Shown here: positions 1-15,100 of the stretch, one piece after another
Numbering within the stretch: the first letter of the stretch is position 1
Layout: every line of letters begins with the position of its first letter
DNA from: Styela clava
Taxonomy: Eukaryota
Assembly: GCF_964204865.1 (NCBI RefSeq)
Contig: NC_135252.1
Location: forward strand, 6,634,001 to 6,698,000
Length of the DNA: 64,000 bases
Direction of reading: 5' to 3'
Notes under the pieces: model-generated
Database searches by the model: none
Told to the model about the DNA's origin: nothing
Seen by the model: the letters and a program-made list of their open reading frames with translations, nothing else
Program-made: the position numbers and the translations under genes

Positions 1-169
1 TAGAGCTGTTTCATGGTTAAAATCATGTTTTAGATGAAAATAATATTTTTTTCACCTGAAAGAACAACAATGATGGGTCTAATCAAAGCCCGAAATATAA
101 TATTCCAATTATATTTTGTTTTCAATTTTACCGGTAATACAGTTTTAATATTTAATAACTAGGAATATT

Positions 170-3100
170 ATGTTGTGTGACAAAATGAGGTATAATTTGC
201 CTATAGCCGGCATTGTATTGATTTTGATACTACTATTTTCAATGAAGACAGAACTCAGGTAAATTTCATTGTATAACCTACGAGCAAAACTTTTTCTTAC
301 CTCCGTTGAATCTAGGTAATTACTACTATTATTTGAAAGAATCTGTTCTTTCTTTTTTGGTATGGTTTATCAAGTTAAATAATAAGCCAATTAATGAAGA
401 TATGGACCGATACTGAAATTCTAAATTTTTAACCGGTGTTGGCTGTTTTGTGTTTTTGTATCAGCCGATTTTATATTGCAATCGTAGCCCTAATTTTGAC
501 AGGACATCATTATCAGCAATTGCATTTGGTATCAACACAAAAACAAGCGCTTCAGTACTTGAGTATACACTTCAAGCGGAGGCCATGACTGACTTAGACC
601 CAAATACTTTTCGATGTGAAGGTTTGTGTTCCTACTTGACTTAATCGTTATCATGATGGAAGGTAAAAAAAAGTGTAGTTCAAAATTAAAGCTCGATTTA
701 GCGCTTTAATCAACACAGTGGAATAAAAGAAGTAAGAATTTGTTGGATTGAATATCTCATCGAAAGTTAAAAGACCCGTAATGTGCCAAACACTTCAATA
801 TTTTATCATATATTTTGGCCAGATTTGATGTTATGTTCGTTTAAATTTTTTTTTATCCCTATGGTGTAGCAAGCGAAAACCATTAGCTCAATTTACCAAG
901 CTGGCGAAACTGGTTCTTATTTATACCTAAAAACCAAAACGAGGAATTCATTTATTTGTTTCAGTTCATGACATGGGATGCTTTATTTTGGTTCCTCCAA
1001 GTCAAAAAATATTTGGAAAAAAACACCCTAAAATTACAGATGTAAAATTTGACGAAGAGACACTAATAACAAGAGAAATTTGCATAAACAGTTGTTTTCA
1101 GAAGTAAGTGAATGAATACGCTCCTGGCAAACTTGTTTCCCGTCTAATAGTTCAGTATATTTACGCAGTACATAATGTATGTGACCTCGAACGTACGTTT
1201 CATTTTAGACAGTGGTATCTGTATTACCATTACATAATCTGATCATAGATTTTGAATTAGCAGATACATGACACCTTTTGATCAAGGCTGCCCAACCCGC
1301 GGGCCGCATGCGTCTCGCCGAATAAAGTCTGTGAGAAGACTATTTAAATTTTTATAATGTTATATATCAATATATAGGCTTAAGTATGTTTGGTGATTTT
1401 GGTGTGATTATTTCTGCCATCTATCCACATTCAATTGCCGGTTCTTATTATTACGTATTTGTCAAGTCTTGCACTCTGGTGGGCATCGACGTCAGTTTTT
1501 ATTTTATTTTTGGATAATGTGCGATCATTGGGGACAAACTCTGAGCGCAACTATAGGAATGAATTTGGAGGCTGATGGCATTGCCAAATATTAGTACTTA
1601 TTAAATACTTGTATTGGTGTTTCGTAACAGCCCACTTAAACTTGATATTCCCGCGACATTGGCGCACATTATGCTCATTTAAACCCTGAGATAGTATCGT
1701 AGCTACTCAAAGTAAACGGATGAAAACACTACAACCCAAATATAACACTCAATTTGACGCAATTGTGTTGTGTTATACAACTTTAGTAATGATTGATTCT
1801 TTGATTCGGTGGCCCGCAAGTGTCATGTCCACGCCCCGTGGTACCAGATATTCGAATAGTAAACTGCTATTCTAATATTCAACTTGATATTCGAATAATT
1901 TGCCAATCCTACCCAGTAACCATAAAGCAATTATTAACTTGATTGATTGCATGTTAATGAACTTGCGTTTTTTGTATTATGTAAATTATCTACACCGAAA
2001 TTAGGAATTAGCTGGTATTAATGTTTGGTATAAACGTTTGCGGCCCGCAACAAATTTCGTCATTTGAAAGTGGCCCGCGAGACCAAAAAGTTTGGGCAGG
2101 CCTACTTGGACCGCTGGATGGGGAAGTAAGGAATAAATTAGAATGTGATTTACATTTTTTTAATCCGTTTTCTGTGAAAGTGATTATATCTCCTTTCCAT
2201 CTATCAGTAGTTTCTACTTAATAAATGCTTTTGAGTACAACCGGTTGATAGAGTCATCCGTGAAACCGAATGTTTGAACAAATAATCGGTAAAGCTATTA
2301 TCGATAGGTATTAAAGTATTCCTTCTTGGTATTCCACAATTGTACAAAGGAAACCTTTCACAAAACATGTCAATATGTTCTTCAACATTATCCACGTGAA
2401 GTCTGAGGGCGTCAGTTTTATTTTAATCACCACAAAAGAAAGTGCGTGCTTTTGAGAATTTTTAATATTTTTTGAAAAAAGCTTCCGCTGGGAAATATTT
2501 TTGTAAAATGCAAGTGAAAAAAACATAGTCGACGAAGTCACTTCTCCTAATCGATTTTCTCTATTAAATTCAACTTAAAATGTAGCTTTGGCAATGACAA
2601 ACCGCTTATATAATATCATGAAATAGCAAATATAATCAATTGAATCATATACATAATTTTGGCAAAACATTCGATGATGATAAAAATTATCGCATTCAAT
2701 TTTCCAAACGCTTACAGGTCATGATTTGCAAATTTTATTAGAACATCCAGAATTGAGTTTCCTTTGTTAATAAGTTTTCTACAGTTTTAAAATCGTATTT
2801 TGATTATAGGCAATATACTTTGTCAGCAATAAACGCAGCACAGAATTGTTGCATGTGCAGCACCGGATTTGAGGGATTTATTTCTAGCAGAGAAATAAAA
2901 GCTGATACAAGTTTTGTTAAAGCTGAAAAATGTAGATCGTCAAGTACCTTCCACGTCTATAGCAAAATTAGGGATTGTGAAAAGGGTAAGTTAATATATA
3001 TTAGTTTTACAGTGTCACGCAACGACATTTATTTCAGTCTATAAATTTCTGAGCATCAACTTAGAAAATACGAATTTACCTAACTAATTACCAAATTAAA

Positions 3101-6100
3101 TTTACATTTATTCATTTGCAGGGGTGTCAAAAGAATCGTTGCAACAAAATAGGGTGGGTTGCTTGGACATACCAAAAACATTGAATCAATTTATGATTGC
3201 ATTTTCATCCCCCCAGTTATCAATAGAGCAATGCATTTTGAATTGCGAAATGAGAAAGTACACTTTTGCAATACCTGTTAAACAAAAAGGTATTTGTTTG
3301 TGCTCGGATTCTTATTCATTGTAAGTATTTAACGCTTCAACGATTTCACTTTTTCATTCCTTCATGCTAATTCTTCTTCTCAGGCGCTTTTGCTAATGTT
3401 ATCAAGTGAATCATATTTTTGTTTCACGACTCTAGGTTTAGAACAGTGGACAACATGACTCAAGCAATGGCCAGATGTGGTGATGAAAATAACCTTTCAA
3501 ACTCAGATGAAATAGTCGAAGTTTACCGAACAACAGTAAACGATGAACATTGCGAACCAAGAAGGTAACTTTTGCAATTAAATGTTGGTTATTAATGCTT
3601 TTGCGCGTCCTTTTTTCACGAAAACTTATACTGAAAAGTTGCAAACCATACAAATTTATAAGCTAGAAACTCAAGAAGAAACTATTTAATCACAATGAGC
3701 CATAACTAGTAAATTTTATATAATATTAGTTTTCGATTTTTATAAACATTTCTAGTTTTTTTTTGATATATATTATAAAGTCGGGTCGTTAACGTGATAT
3801 ACATATATAAAATATACATATAGCGCTAACTAAATAAGCATATACAATCAAAGTCATATGCGTATACAGTCAATTAATATACAAATACAGTCATTTCTGT
3901 GATGTACATATACAGCCAATATCATATGTATATACAGCCGATTAGATATACAAACACGTCCATCCCAGAAAAGTACACATCCAATTCCATATGTATGTAT
4001 AGTCACTCAATAAACACATGTGATGCACATACAAAAGTCACTATCAGACATTTAATTAAGTGATGTACAAACACCACCAATTCATTGCAAATCCGTGCAC
4101 TTACTGTATAGTATGTACCGATGCGGTTACATCGACCAGTTGCAAGCTTGGAAGTCATATTGATATAATGAGTGCGTTAAATATTACTCACAGAAACTCC
4201 AAAACGGATTTTAATGAAAGTTTCTTACAATAAGAGTAAAGTATATGTAATAAATTATTTTGATATCAGCATCATTTAGTGACAAATCTTTAGATGTTAT
4301 TTGTGCCTAACGATGCGTACAATGTAATCCCGCTTGTGATAAATGAACACATACAATAGGTTGCAACTATTCCTTAGCCATTGTCAGTAAACTGTCGACA
4401 AAATAATCAAATCAAAGTTTAGCAAACTATCATTACTCACGTTACATATTGATGGAAGCATTGCCTGATTATTTTTATGGAATGTGGCCATGCTCGCTGA
4501 CAAATTGGAGTAGTGTGCTTACGCTTACACAAACTCCAAAGCTGTTATTGATTAAAGTATGAAAAACAACTTGCAACTAGCATAAAGTGGATGTAATAAA
4601 ATGCCTTGATATGAGCATCATTCAGCGGTAAGCCGTTACATGTTGAATGCGCATAATAAGACATAAAGTTGCGGGTGTACGTGGTTAAGAAGGAAATTAA
4701 ATTAGGAAATTAATGTTAAGCTATCAGTTTGTTAAATGGAAAAACGATTGAACTGAAAATGTCATTCAATATGCAAAGACCTTTGTAACAGAACAAAATG
4801 TGGAAATGCCATTAACATGAGAATAAAACGGTGGTAATGCTGAAATAGGTTGTATGTACAACAATTTTCATTGCTCCATTATTGCCCATCGATGTTTTTG
4901 TGAGGAAATAGTCGCTTTTCTCTGCAACTGATTAAATAATAAATTTACTTCAAATTTAGAGTACTCGAAAATAGGCGAGTTGCTATAAAGCTAACTTTCA
5001 TCTCAACAAATTTTATTAGAACATTCAGAATTGAGCTTCCTTTGTTAATAAGTTTTCTACAGTTTTAAAATCGTATTTTGATATAGGCAATATACTTTGT
5101 CAGCAATAAACACAGCATAGAATTGTTGTATGTGCAGCGCCGGATTTGAGGGATTTATTTCAAATTGTAGTTGAGACCCATATGGGGCCAGATATTTCAT
5201 CTAAATGCTGATGTCGTATTTTATTCGCGAGAACACTTTTATATGACATAAGAGAATAAGTCATTCGACCACGCTTCTTCGTCGATCTTTATTAAAAAAC
5301 TCAGTGACCAGCTAAGGCCTTATACGCGATATTGATGTCAATATATTTTAGCATTGCTTTCCCATATTCAAGGTAGCCCACCCAAACTATTTTCTAAAAA
5401 AGGCAATTTTTTTTTAAATATAATGCTCACTGTTCACTCCCAATTCTTGATTTTTCACGAACAAAATCAAAGTAAATAATGCGTACGAGGTTTATAATGA
5501 TTCCGTAGATGTGCTCTGAGATCAAAACGTGTGAAATTGGTTAAATTAAACAAACTTTAATTTGATGAGTTTGTGGAAAGTTAGTGCCAATAGCCAATAG
5601 AGGAAGATGGGCCACGGAGGGACATGTATGGTGACCCATCGTTGTCACTAGTGAAAATTAAAAGGGAAAACTGAAAATGAAAATAAAATTGATAAAAAAT
5701 TTGTAAAAAATGCAAACAAAATTATAAAAAATAATTGGAGAAAAAAAATGCGAATAAAATGACAACGAGAATATCGTTCAGTGACCGAAGACTTATCGAT
5801 CGAAAGTTAAGGTATACCCCAAAACAGCACTCTTACTCCATAGTGACACCTTGTGTCCCATCACTAATTAATTATTAACTCGCTAATTATACGACATAAT
5901 TCATCCAAAGTCAATAGGCTTCTGGTCCGACATATGATGAATGCACATGCAAAATCTGGAGCAGATTCAATCTTGCTTTCGTGAGATATCGCGTGCATCT
6001 AACAGACAGACAGACAAATACCTATCAACATACTTACCGATTAAAATCGATAAGTAATAATGAAGGTTGGCAACGATGACGGCTTACGTACGTACCGTAC

Positions 6101-9100
6101 CGTACGTGCAAATCGAGGGATAAATTGAATGAGTGTTTGAGAACGCGCGATTTTATCATTTGTCGGTACCGGTACCTATTACTTTGCCCCTAAGAATACT
6201 GATTAACAGACCAACCATCCTACCCTATCGCACATCCGAGGTACCCATATATATTAATAAAATATTGGACATAACTTAAATTGGACTTATAATTTTGGGA
6301 ACACCGTTTGAGCGCGTAGGATGACAACGTTGGTCCCAAGCAGAAGGCATTTTTTTTTGCATTTTTTTTATTTATTTATTCTGTTTTTTTTGTTTTTCGT
6401 TTTTATTTTTAATTTTTTTTTCCAAGATTCTTTTTAATTTATTTTTATTTTCAGTTTATATCTTTTTAAATTTCACTAGCGACAACGTTGGGCCAACATA
6501 GACATGGAGCAAGGTGGAAAATCAGCTCTCGCATTCACACAATATCAGTCATTCGTTTCGAAGTTTGACTCCGCCTTCCAATGAGTTACGACGTCCGCGC
6601 AAACGGGCAGCGGGCGTGCAGAGCGAATCAACGTATGAGTTGAAATTGGTTTTAGGGGTCGAAACTAAAATTTCGCCATCTTCATCGTTACCCAATTCGG
6701 CCCAATATATTCCAGATTCAGAAAATATTTTTTTAAAGGGTATTAAAATGAGTAAATTATTTGTATTTGGCCGAATTCGGTCATTTCATTTGGTAATATA
6801 TAATGTGAATTTTGCTGTTTTATTGAACACGGTGAACATTTCAGTAATTGAGAAAAATACACTTTTTTTTATTTTGATCACTCAAAGCCCGTATTTAATG
6901 TTTATAGCCTTTTTAACAAAGAACTGTCGAGAATGAAATTTACAGAACTCATTTTCAGTCGAAACTAGGCATAATCCAAAGTAAATCAATAAATTTGTTT
7001 CAGATGTAAGCATAAGAGTCTAACTAAAATATACATTTAGTAATTATATAATGACTATTCAGATACGCATGTCTGCAAAGTGGTTTTATGTTGCCAATGC
7101 GGAAATTTTGTTTAAAGAATTTCTTGAAAAAAGATCTGAAATATTTCAGTTGAACAGTAATTTCAAAATTACTAAATCTCCGAAAAGTCCAAAAATGGTG
7201 ATGCAGACCCGTTGCTAATTTTTTAAGGCATAATTCGTTGAACTTAATAGAATGCAACATTGTGACTCACCAAGGGGTGGTACTGAAAAGAGATTTTCAG
7301 CCAGTACATTTGTCATTTATCATGTTATCCACGATGAGCTGATGTGGGATATTATGACATCATAGATTGGTACCTATTGTACATTTATCAAGAACTACGC
7401 GGACCGGCAGTTTTATGTCTTATATTGTGGACAGTTTATTACCGATAGAGAGGTTTTCATCCAGCACATTCCTCGTGTTATCAACGATCAGCTGTTGTGG
7501 GGTATTAGATATCATATATAGATATCATATCTGATTGTTCAATCAACATGTGAAGCCTTAACCCTGAAAGCTGTCACCGTTTCGATCACTTGCCGCTTCG
7601 GAGTTTTTTTTACGCGTTTTAAAGTAATTATATGAACGACCAACTGTTGTGAGATATTATTTTATTGGATTGCGATTTTCCATATATCTGTCCATATGCT
7701 CGGATCTGCGAATTTTTATGTATCGTGATCTGCATATAACTCGTAGATGCAACCGCATATACATACATTGTATCTTATGAAATGATCGGGCAATATTTGT
7801 ACATCAACAAAATGGCTGTATTTGTATATTGAGTTGGCTATATATGCATGTGACTTTGGCAGTATATGTATGGCACGTTACCAACCCTTTCGATATATTG
7901 AACATATTGACGAAAACTCTATTTAAGAAATTATATTCGATTTAATAATATAGTTGAATTAACAAAATGTCGATTCAGATTTCTCCCTCCAAAACAAAAC
8001 AAGCCTATTTTTCTTGCAAGTTATCCTGGATCTGGCAACACATGGATAAGACATTTGATAGAAATTGCGACAGGAATATATACAGGAAGTGTGTACAACG
8101 ATGCTGATTTATATGAAGGAGGTATGGATTAACGTTTCTCTTGGTATGCCAAACACTTTTGCTTATATCCAGTTCCATTTACAGTTATTTAATTACACAA
8201 ACACTTTGGAGGCATCATGGCAAACATTTACTAATAAACTCCCATTCGTAAGCTCCATTAAGATCATTAAAATAAATCTAATACCTAACCTTTTCAACGC
8301 TAAATATAATGTTTGTCGTCAGCCGCGCTGCACATTTTTAGTTAAATCTGTAATGAATTATTATCACAACAACAACCGCTTGAACATCACCTCAACGTTA
8401 ACAGTTAGGCCCCTACTTCGATTAAAGGCAACTCACAAATTGTGGGTTTGAAGTTCGTTAACTGAGATTCGACAGATGGCACAAATAAGTTACGTTGTCA
8501 CTATTCTGTTTATGGAATGGTACAATACAACCATATATAAAAATATAATATTTTTTGCAACGATGCAATTAAAGCTAAAAAGAATTTGTAATTACACAGT
8601 GAAACGTCCTTTTTGTGAAAGGTAGACACAAAATGATTTATATTGTAGCAAGAGACGACATGAGCTGACAAATTCCAATCAATGCGCCACCAAGTCCACA
8701 TCGGAAAACATTGCCAACAAGTACCGCAACAGAGGTTGATAAATCCGGAATGATTCCGTTCAGTTCGGGACGAATGTTGGGAAATTCTGAAACAATAATA
8801 TAATATACCAAAAGTAGTTTATGGGTATTTTGAAATCTTAAACAAAACAAACATCCAAAGCATAACCTCTCTTTGGATTTTGAGTGGTTTAATTTGCTAA
8901 ACAATCGAAAAAATGTATAACTTCTTGAATAGTTAAATGTACGGGGGTACAAATGTCCGTGGATGCAAATGTACATAGGTGCCGTTGTATGTGAGTACAA
9001 ATGTCCGAGGGTGAGAAATGATAGTGACCATGGGTGCAAATGTACGTGCGTGCGAATCTTCATGGGTGTCATTGTACGTGGGTGCCAATATCCGTGGGTT

Positions 9101-12100
9101 CAAATTTTGCGCCAATGTTCATCCTCCACGTGAATGTAAAAGTTAATATTTTAGCATGCGTGACCGTTTGTTGATACCGCTATGATGGTAAACAGTACAA
9201 CCTACAGTGGCGGCGCGTCAATAGGGCCAACCGGGGCAATGCCCCGGTTGTTTTTTCGGTATAATAAAAAATATTCGAAAAATATCTCAATATCGGTTGC
9301 ACAGACTGTCTACACTAGCCATATTCTCCCGACATGGTTCATTTTTCGCTCGCAAAGCCTTCGCCGAACGTCGACGGGGCGACGCCGATTTTGCCCCGGT
9401 TGCTCATTGTATATCGTATTCTCTTTTTTATCTTCCACTCGCCGCGTTTGTCTCGTTTGTTTTCTGTTTCTTTTACTAAATCATCGGGGCTAGCCCCGAA
9501 ATTATGACGACACAATGCCGACGTTTCTTACAACAACGTGTTGACATATTCACGCATTCCTTCTCGTTCGTTGGTTGCTTGAAGTGTTGATAGTTTCCTC
9601 GCCTTCGTTTTTGTCGCTTGTTTCGCTATTTGAATCAGTTAGAGAGCTTTAGTCCATTTGCTTTCGATTTTCCACATTCCTTTTGTGCTCCTCACTTCTT
9701 TCCGGCTTCGCATTTCTTAGCCTTAGACCTCATAATGAATAAGGTTGATGCACTACTTCGCACTCCGTTTTCGCAGCTGCCGCTGGAACAAAAATTAGAG
9801 GTACAACGTCTTGGGCCTTATCAACCAAAAAATTGTTCACTGGAACAATCCCATGACGGAGGAAAGCGTCGGCGTACATTCTGCGCAGAAACTTAGTATA
9901 AAAGCCACGAATGGTTGTGTTACAGCAAGGACAAAAATGCACTTTTTTGTTTTTATTACCTCCTTTTTGCTACCGCCCGTGACTCACGTTGGTGTCAATT
10001 TGGTTTTAGAGATCTTAAACATCTTTCCGAGCGTGCCAGAGATCATCAATCTTCTATGGAGCATCTGGACAATGCAGTAAAATACCGAACATTCGGAAAT
10101 GTTAATATTGCAGCACAGTTGGATGAAGGACGCGCGGTTTCTATTCGTCGGCACAACCAAAACGTCGAGAAAAACCGCCATGTTCTCGGTCGATTGATAG
10201 ATGTTTTGAAGTTCATTGGTTGTCACGAGCTGTCCCTCCGTGGGCACGATGAACGGGCTCTTCTAATAGAGGGGTATTTTTGGATATGGTGGAATACACC
10301 GCATCCCTAGATACAGTATTGAGAGATCATCTTGATGCCGCAACTGTTTCGAAAGGGACATCTAAGGATATTCAAAATGATTTGCTCGACTCAATGTATA
10401 AAATTTATTTACAATATTTGGCTCTGGAAATTGAGAATTGCCAGTTCCTTTCGATTCAGTCTGACGAGACAACTGACATCACGTGCGTTTCCCGACTGGC
10501 TGTGATTTTTCGGTTTGTGAAAGATGGTAAACCTACCGAGAGATTTCACAGCTTTGTACAAATCGTTGATCGCACGGCTTGCGGGATATCGGCTGTTCTG
10601 AAAGAAGTGTTACAGCCTTACAACGCGAAGTCCAAATTTATAGCTCAAACTTATGACGGCGCGGCAGTCATGAGTGGGTCGAAACATGGTGTTCAAGTTT
10701 ATATAAAAGAAGATTTTCCTCATGCGCATTTTTTACATTGTTATGCACACCAATTTAACCTCGTTATTAAAAATATGTGTCTTGATACCCCTCTCGTCCG
10801 TATATTTTTTGCAAATGTTTCGGGGTTTTCTTCATTTTTTTTCCGTTTCGCCGAAGCGCTCTGATCTCCTTCGCCAGATATGTAGCCGCCGTCTCCCAGC
10901 TTGTGCACCAACACGTTGGAACTTCCAATCACGCGTGGCGCAGGGCGTGTCCGAAATTAGGTCTGAGCTCATTGAGTGTTTCAATGGCATTCAGAGCTCT
11001 CCGGGTTGGGACGAACGCTCTGTGAGGGGGCGGCAGGTCTAAAGCGTCTGCTAGAAGATGGTGAGTTTTCATTTTTTCTCCACAATATTCTATCACGTGG
11101 ATGTATTATACGGCGCATTGCAGTCAAGGCTAATGGATGGAGCGTCTGTGCAGTCGTGTATTTCAGACTTCTGCGATGCTGTATCTCGTATCCGGGAAAC
11201 AATAAAATACGACGACACATGGAATGCTTTATTACGCCGCGGGCAAACAACGCAGCGTTTGATTTTGTCTGCAAAAGAATGCTGTGACATTCTGGTGAAT
11301 CAAATAGGCGATCGTCTGCGCACTGAACACCTTGCCGCGTTCTCTTTGATGAACCCCAAAAATTTTTCAAAATTTGCACGTTAATTTCCCATCCATTTGT
11401 TGGCTACTGTCTCCAAATTGTACCCCATGATTAACGTGGGTAAATTGGAAAATGAATTGCGATGTATATACACAAATCAAACTTTTTTGAACATCACATC
11501 AACTTGCGCGCTCTATGGGTTCCTCATAAATAACACTCTAGTAACTACCTTTGCGGCGTCTGCAAAATTTCTGGACATCATTTTGACGACGCCTATTTCT
11601 TCCGCCGACGCAGAGCAAACATTCAGAGACGTTATTTCTGGGATGCATGACTTTAATCAGCGCGTTATTGAGCATTTTGCTTCCAAGAAACCGCGGCGTG
11701 TTGCATATATGTTCAAGCAGTAGAAGTCTAGCAGCATATATATCTATGAGTGAGCGACGCATGTCCTTATCTTTGCATTAACTTTCCTTTCTTCATAGTA
11801 ACGTTTTAAACCTTATTATAGGTTTTGTCTGCTTTCCCGAAGTTTCTGTTAATATGTCATTGTATTTATCTGGGTAAATATTGCCTTTCCTTTTGAAAGA
11901 GGTTTTAAAATAAACTATGTCTATATTTATTAATCCCTTGACTTGGACCGGTTTTAAAGACACTTTCTTATCGTTAAAAATTGTCGCTTTTTTCCGATTG
12001 GTTGTTACCGATGGAATGGTTTTTATACTCATAAAATGATGGGAGAACTTACAGCGCTCATCCTGTCCCCGTAGATGGGGGTGACTTGGTCCCGCAGTAG

Positions 12101-15100
12101 CTTGCCCCGGTTGTCAAAATGACCACGCGCCGCCACTGACAACCTAATATATGCCACGGGGATCAAGGCGGTGGACAGTAAGCTCTGTAGCATGCTAGGC
12201 CAACAGCTTCGGGTTGCTGGGCCTGCAGGTTGGGTAATGGTCCACGCGGAAGAGTAATTTCTTCCAAAAACTGCTTTAGCATAGCTTGGTAACCACACTA
12301 TAATAAAGATGCGGTAAAATATCCCAACTCTCGTCTGGGGTAGACACTACATCTTGTAATTATAGTTCATTTACATGTGAATTTTTGCTGTTTCCACGTT
12401 TTCATTTATATTTGTTTCATAAAAAAGTCATTTAATCGAATTGCGAGGAGGCTCTAAGAAGAAGAACCCCGCGGTTGCAATTGGAAATTGTCACATTGCT
12501 GTCACTTAAATATATGCTATGCAAATGTCCGCAGGCTGAGGTGGAAATTCTCATTTTTGACTGATGTTTTTGCTCTTTGTGAGATAAACCTTGATCACTT
12601 TCTCAACCTCCTCATAACGTTACCTTCGTCTTCAATCTCGCTCTGTATCTCGTATCAGTTTCTGCCTTCGTCTCCTCAATTTCTGACCATATTTCGTTGC
12701 AACTTCAGTCAAAATCCATTGCATATCATGAGTAGTTCCTCCGGACCTTTTATGATTAAAAGAAAGGTGACTGGGACAGAAAACTTTTGCGCCATGGACA
12801 CATTTATATATAACATTCCCTTTGGATCGAAGTAATGTCCTGCTGCGACGTTAGCGTAACAAAATAGATCTTTCCACTGTTATCGATGCATAGCATCTAC
12901 CAAAACAATAGTCGGAATTAAATGCAGATTTTAAATGCTATTTGATAAAGTCACAAAGAAGACATATTGAACAAAAACTACGTATTGCTGAATAAAAAAC
13001 AGATCAAACAAGGGATATTTGCCATTTCTGACGCAAGGCAAGAAACTACTGTATTACACCTTTAGTATTGTATCATGTTCAATTTTTTGATTTTTTTTTC
13101 ATTCTGTTTAATTTATTTTCAGTGTTGCTATTCTAACACTACTGCGTTGACTAAGTGCTAATTTTAGTAATATTTTCAAAAGGCTGTATGTAACTGACCC
13201 GATGACCTAATGACTGTATTCGGCTGTATTCAATTTTTTGACTTTATAAATGGGAAATATTTGTCACAAGAATTAACCAATAAACAAATATTCGTTTTAA
13301 AATGTTTTAAACCGGTTGAACTCGTCTTTACAATTCAAAGACATATTTAACATAAAAAAGACAGCGATGGTCAAATATGTGGACACGAAGACCAAAGCGA
13401 AGCAGTATCATACCGGGTACGGTACGGTCAAAAAACGTTTTCGAAGTGAAAAACGAATGGCATAGAGCTTACAGAACGTTTTAAAATAAATAAAAGTAAT
13501 AGAGACAAATGACTACTGGAAATTTCAAAGCAATTGGTCCAGTAGTTATAGAGAAAAAATATTTTTTTATAACAATAACAAGAAAAATATTAACGACAAG
13601 AACAACAACATAATAACAAAACGATCCATATGTACACTTTGTGTCCAAAAATAAATAATAGATCAAACATGATGACGATTTGATGTTGACCTCTAATGCT
13701 TGAGGCTTGAGCCTAATTTTCGATCTTGCTCCTGAAATGGTACAGAATCTCTTGTCCTAGCTACAAACTCTCTTCCATTGAGTATTTTCCATATCTTATA
13801 ATGGACTGTGTTTTTATGAACACTTGAACACTCGTTCCTCTAAAAAAGTTCTCAGTAAACAAACTCGGTTGGCTGTGAACTCGCACCAAGTCACTGTCAG
13901 TTACATTTATGCTTATTTTTTTGAAGAACTTCAGTTTTGTGGAATTCACAACCTCAAGCTGCTTTCTTGATCATGTTGACATGAACTGCCGTAAGTCTCG
14001 CTTCAATAGATATTTACTAAAGCGCAATCTTACACTATGATTATTCATAGTAGTACAGTACATAACCACATGTTGCATGGCGAGCAAAATTAAATGAAAA
14101 CAGTTTTTCCTTATAGAAATTACTTCAAAGTGAGAAATTATGCAGCAATCAGCGTCGTATCACACGAATGTTACTAGCTTTTTGGGCCTGCAAAGAATGT
14201 ATTTGCGCGTCAGTGCACAAACCATATAAACAATAAATGGAGAAAAATTGACGTCTTCAAGAGAAAATATTAAAAATATATACTGAGGCTTGCTTCGAGG
14301 GTCATGTGATCACATGATTTCTGTAATAACAAGTTTTTACTTCATGACAGAGTAGCCATGTGAAATTCGCGCGAATAACGAAAGTCTAATATTCAAAACC
14401 TTACGGGATTAAGTTTCAGATATTGAATCTGATGCAAATTAAGTAGCAATGTCATGTAGCTAAAAAAAGTCTTATTGTTATGATTCATTGTCGTGTCAGA
14501 TCATGCTCTATTAATCTACTGTTGTTATATTAACTATATGCGGAAATACAAGTTCGTTATGCTTATAATGGCGTATTTATTTCACCCTCGTGTCTATATA
14601 CTGTATTTGTAAATTGTTTCCTTGTTTGAGGATATTATAAAGTACAAACGAACTCGGAGTTTTCTCATATTTTTCGCAGATATGCTGGGAGGATTTTTGT
14701 CAGCGATTTCTGGAAGAACCATCGTCATCAAGGATCATCTGTTCGGACTTAAAATCTCAATTAACTACACGATGGCAGTCTTGCTTATACGCAACCCGTA
14801 CGATGCGACATTAGCCGAGTTTATGAGAATGAATACTCAGGGCCACATTGGAGTTGCAAACAACGATATATTTCGAAAACCAGGTAAAAAGGATATCCAA
14901 ACAAATTAAAATAGTGTACTCACGGATACTCATTAAGTCAGATATATTTATAACTGCATTTAACTTGAATATTGGACAACTTGGCAGGTGAGGTACCGTA
15001 TTCTGTCAGTTAAAGTTTCATTCCTAATTCCATGCCTTTAATGCTTACAGACGCATGCATGCTAATACGTCAAAATATACGAATCTAAATCTTTATTTTA

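Larger units (their letters stand above)
3783..7887. mobile_element. Large non-autonomous long-TIR DNA element (MULE/foldback-like) with nested insertions
   Basis: Left end gggtcgttaacgtgatatacatata...caaagtcatatgcgtatacagtcaattaatatacaaatacagtcattt matches the reverse complement of the right end (gggttggtaacgtgccatacatata...caaagtcacatgcatatatagccaactcaatatacaaatacagccattt). No clear TSD. Confidence 0.6.

Noticed and set aside
6514-6936. 140-aa ORF
   Set aside because: Non-ATG start, lies inside a TE within an intron, no recognisable motif.
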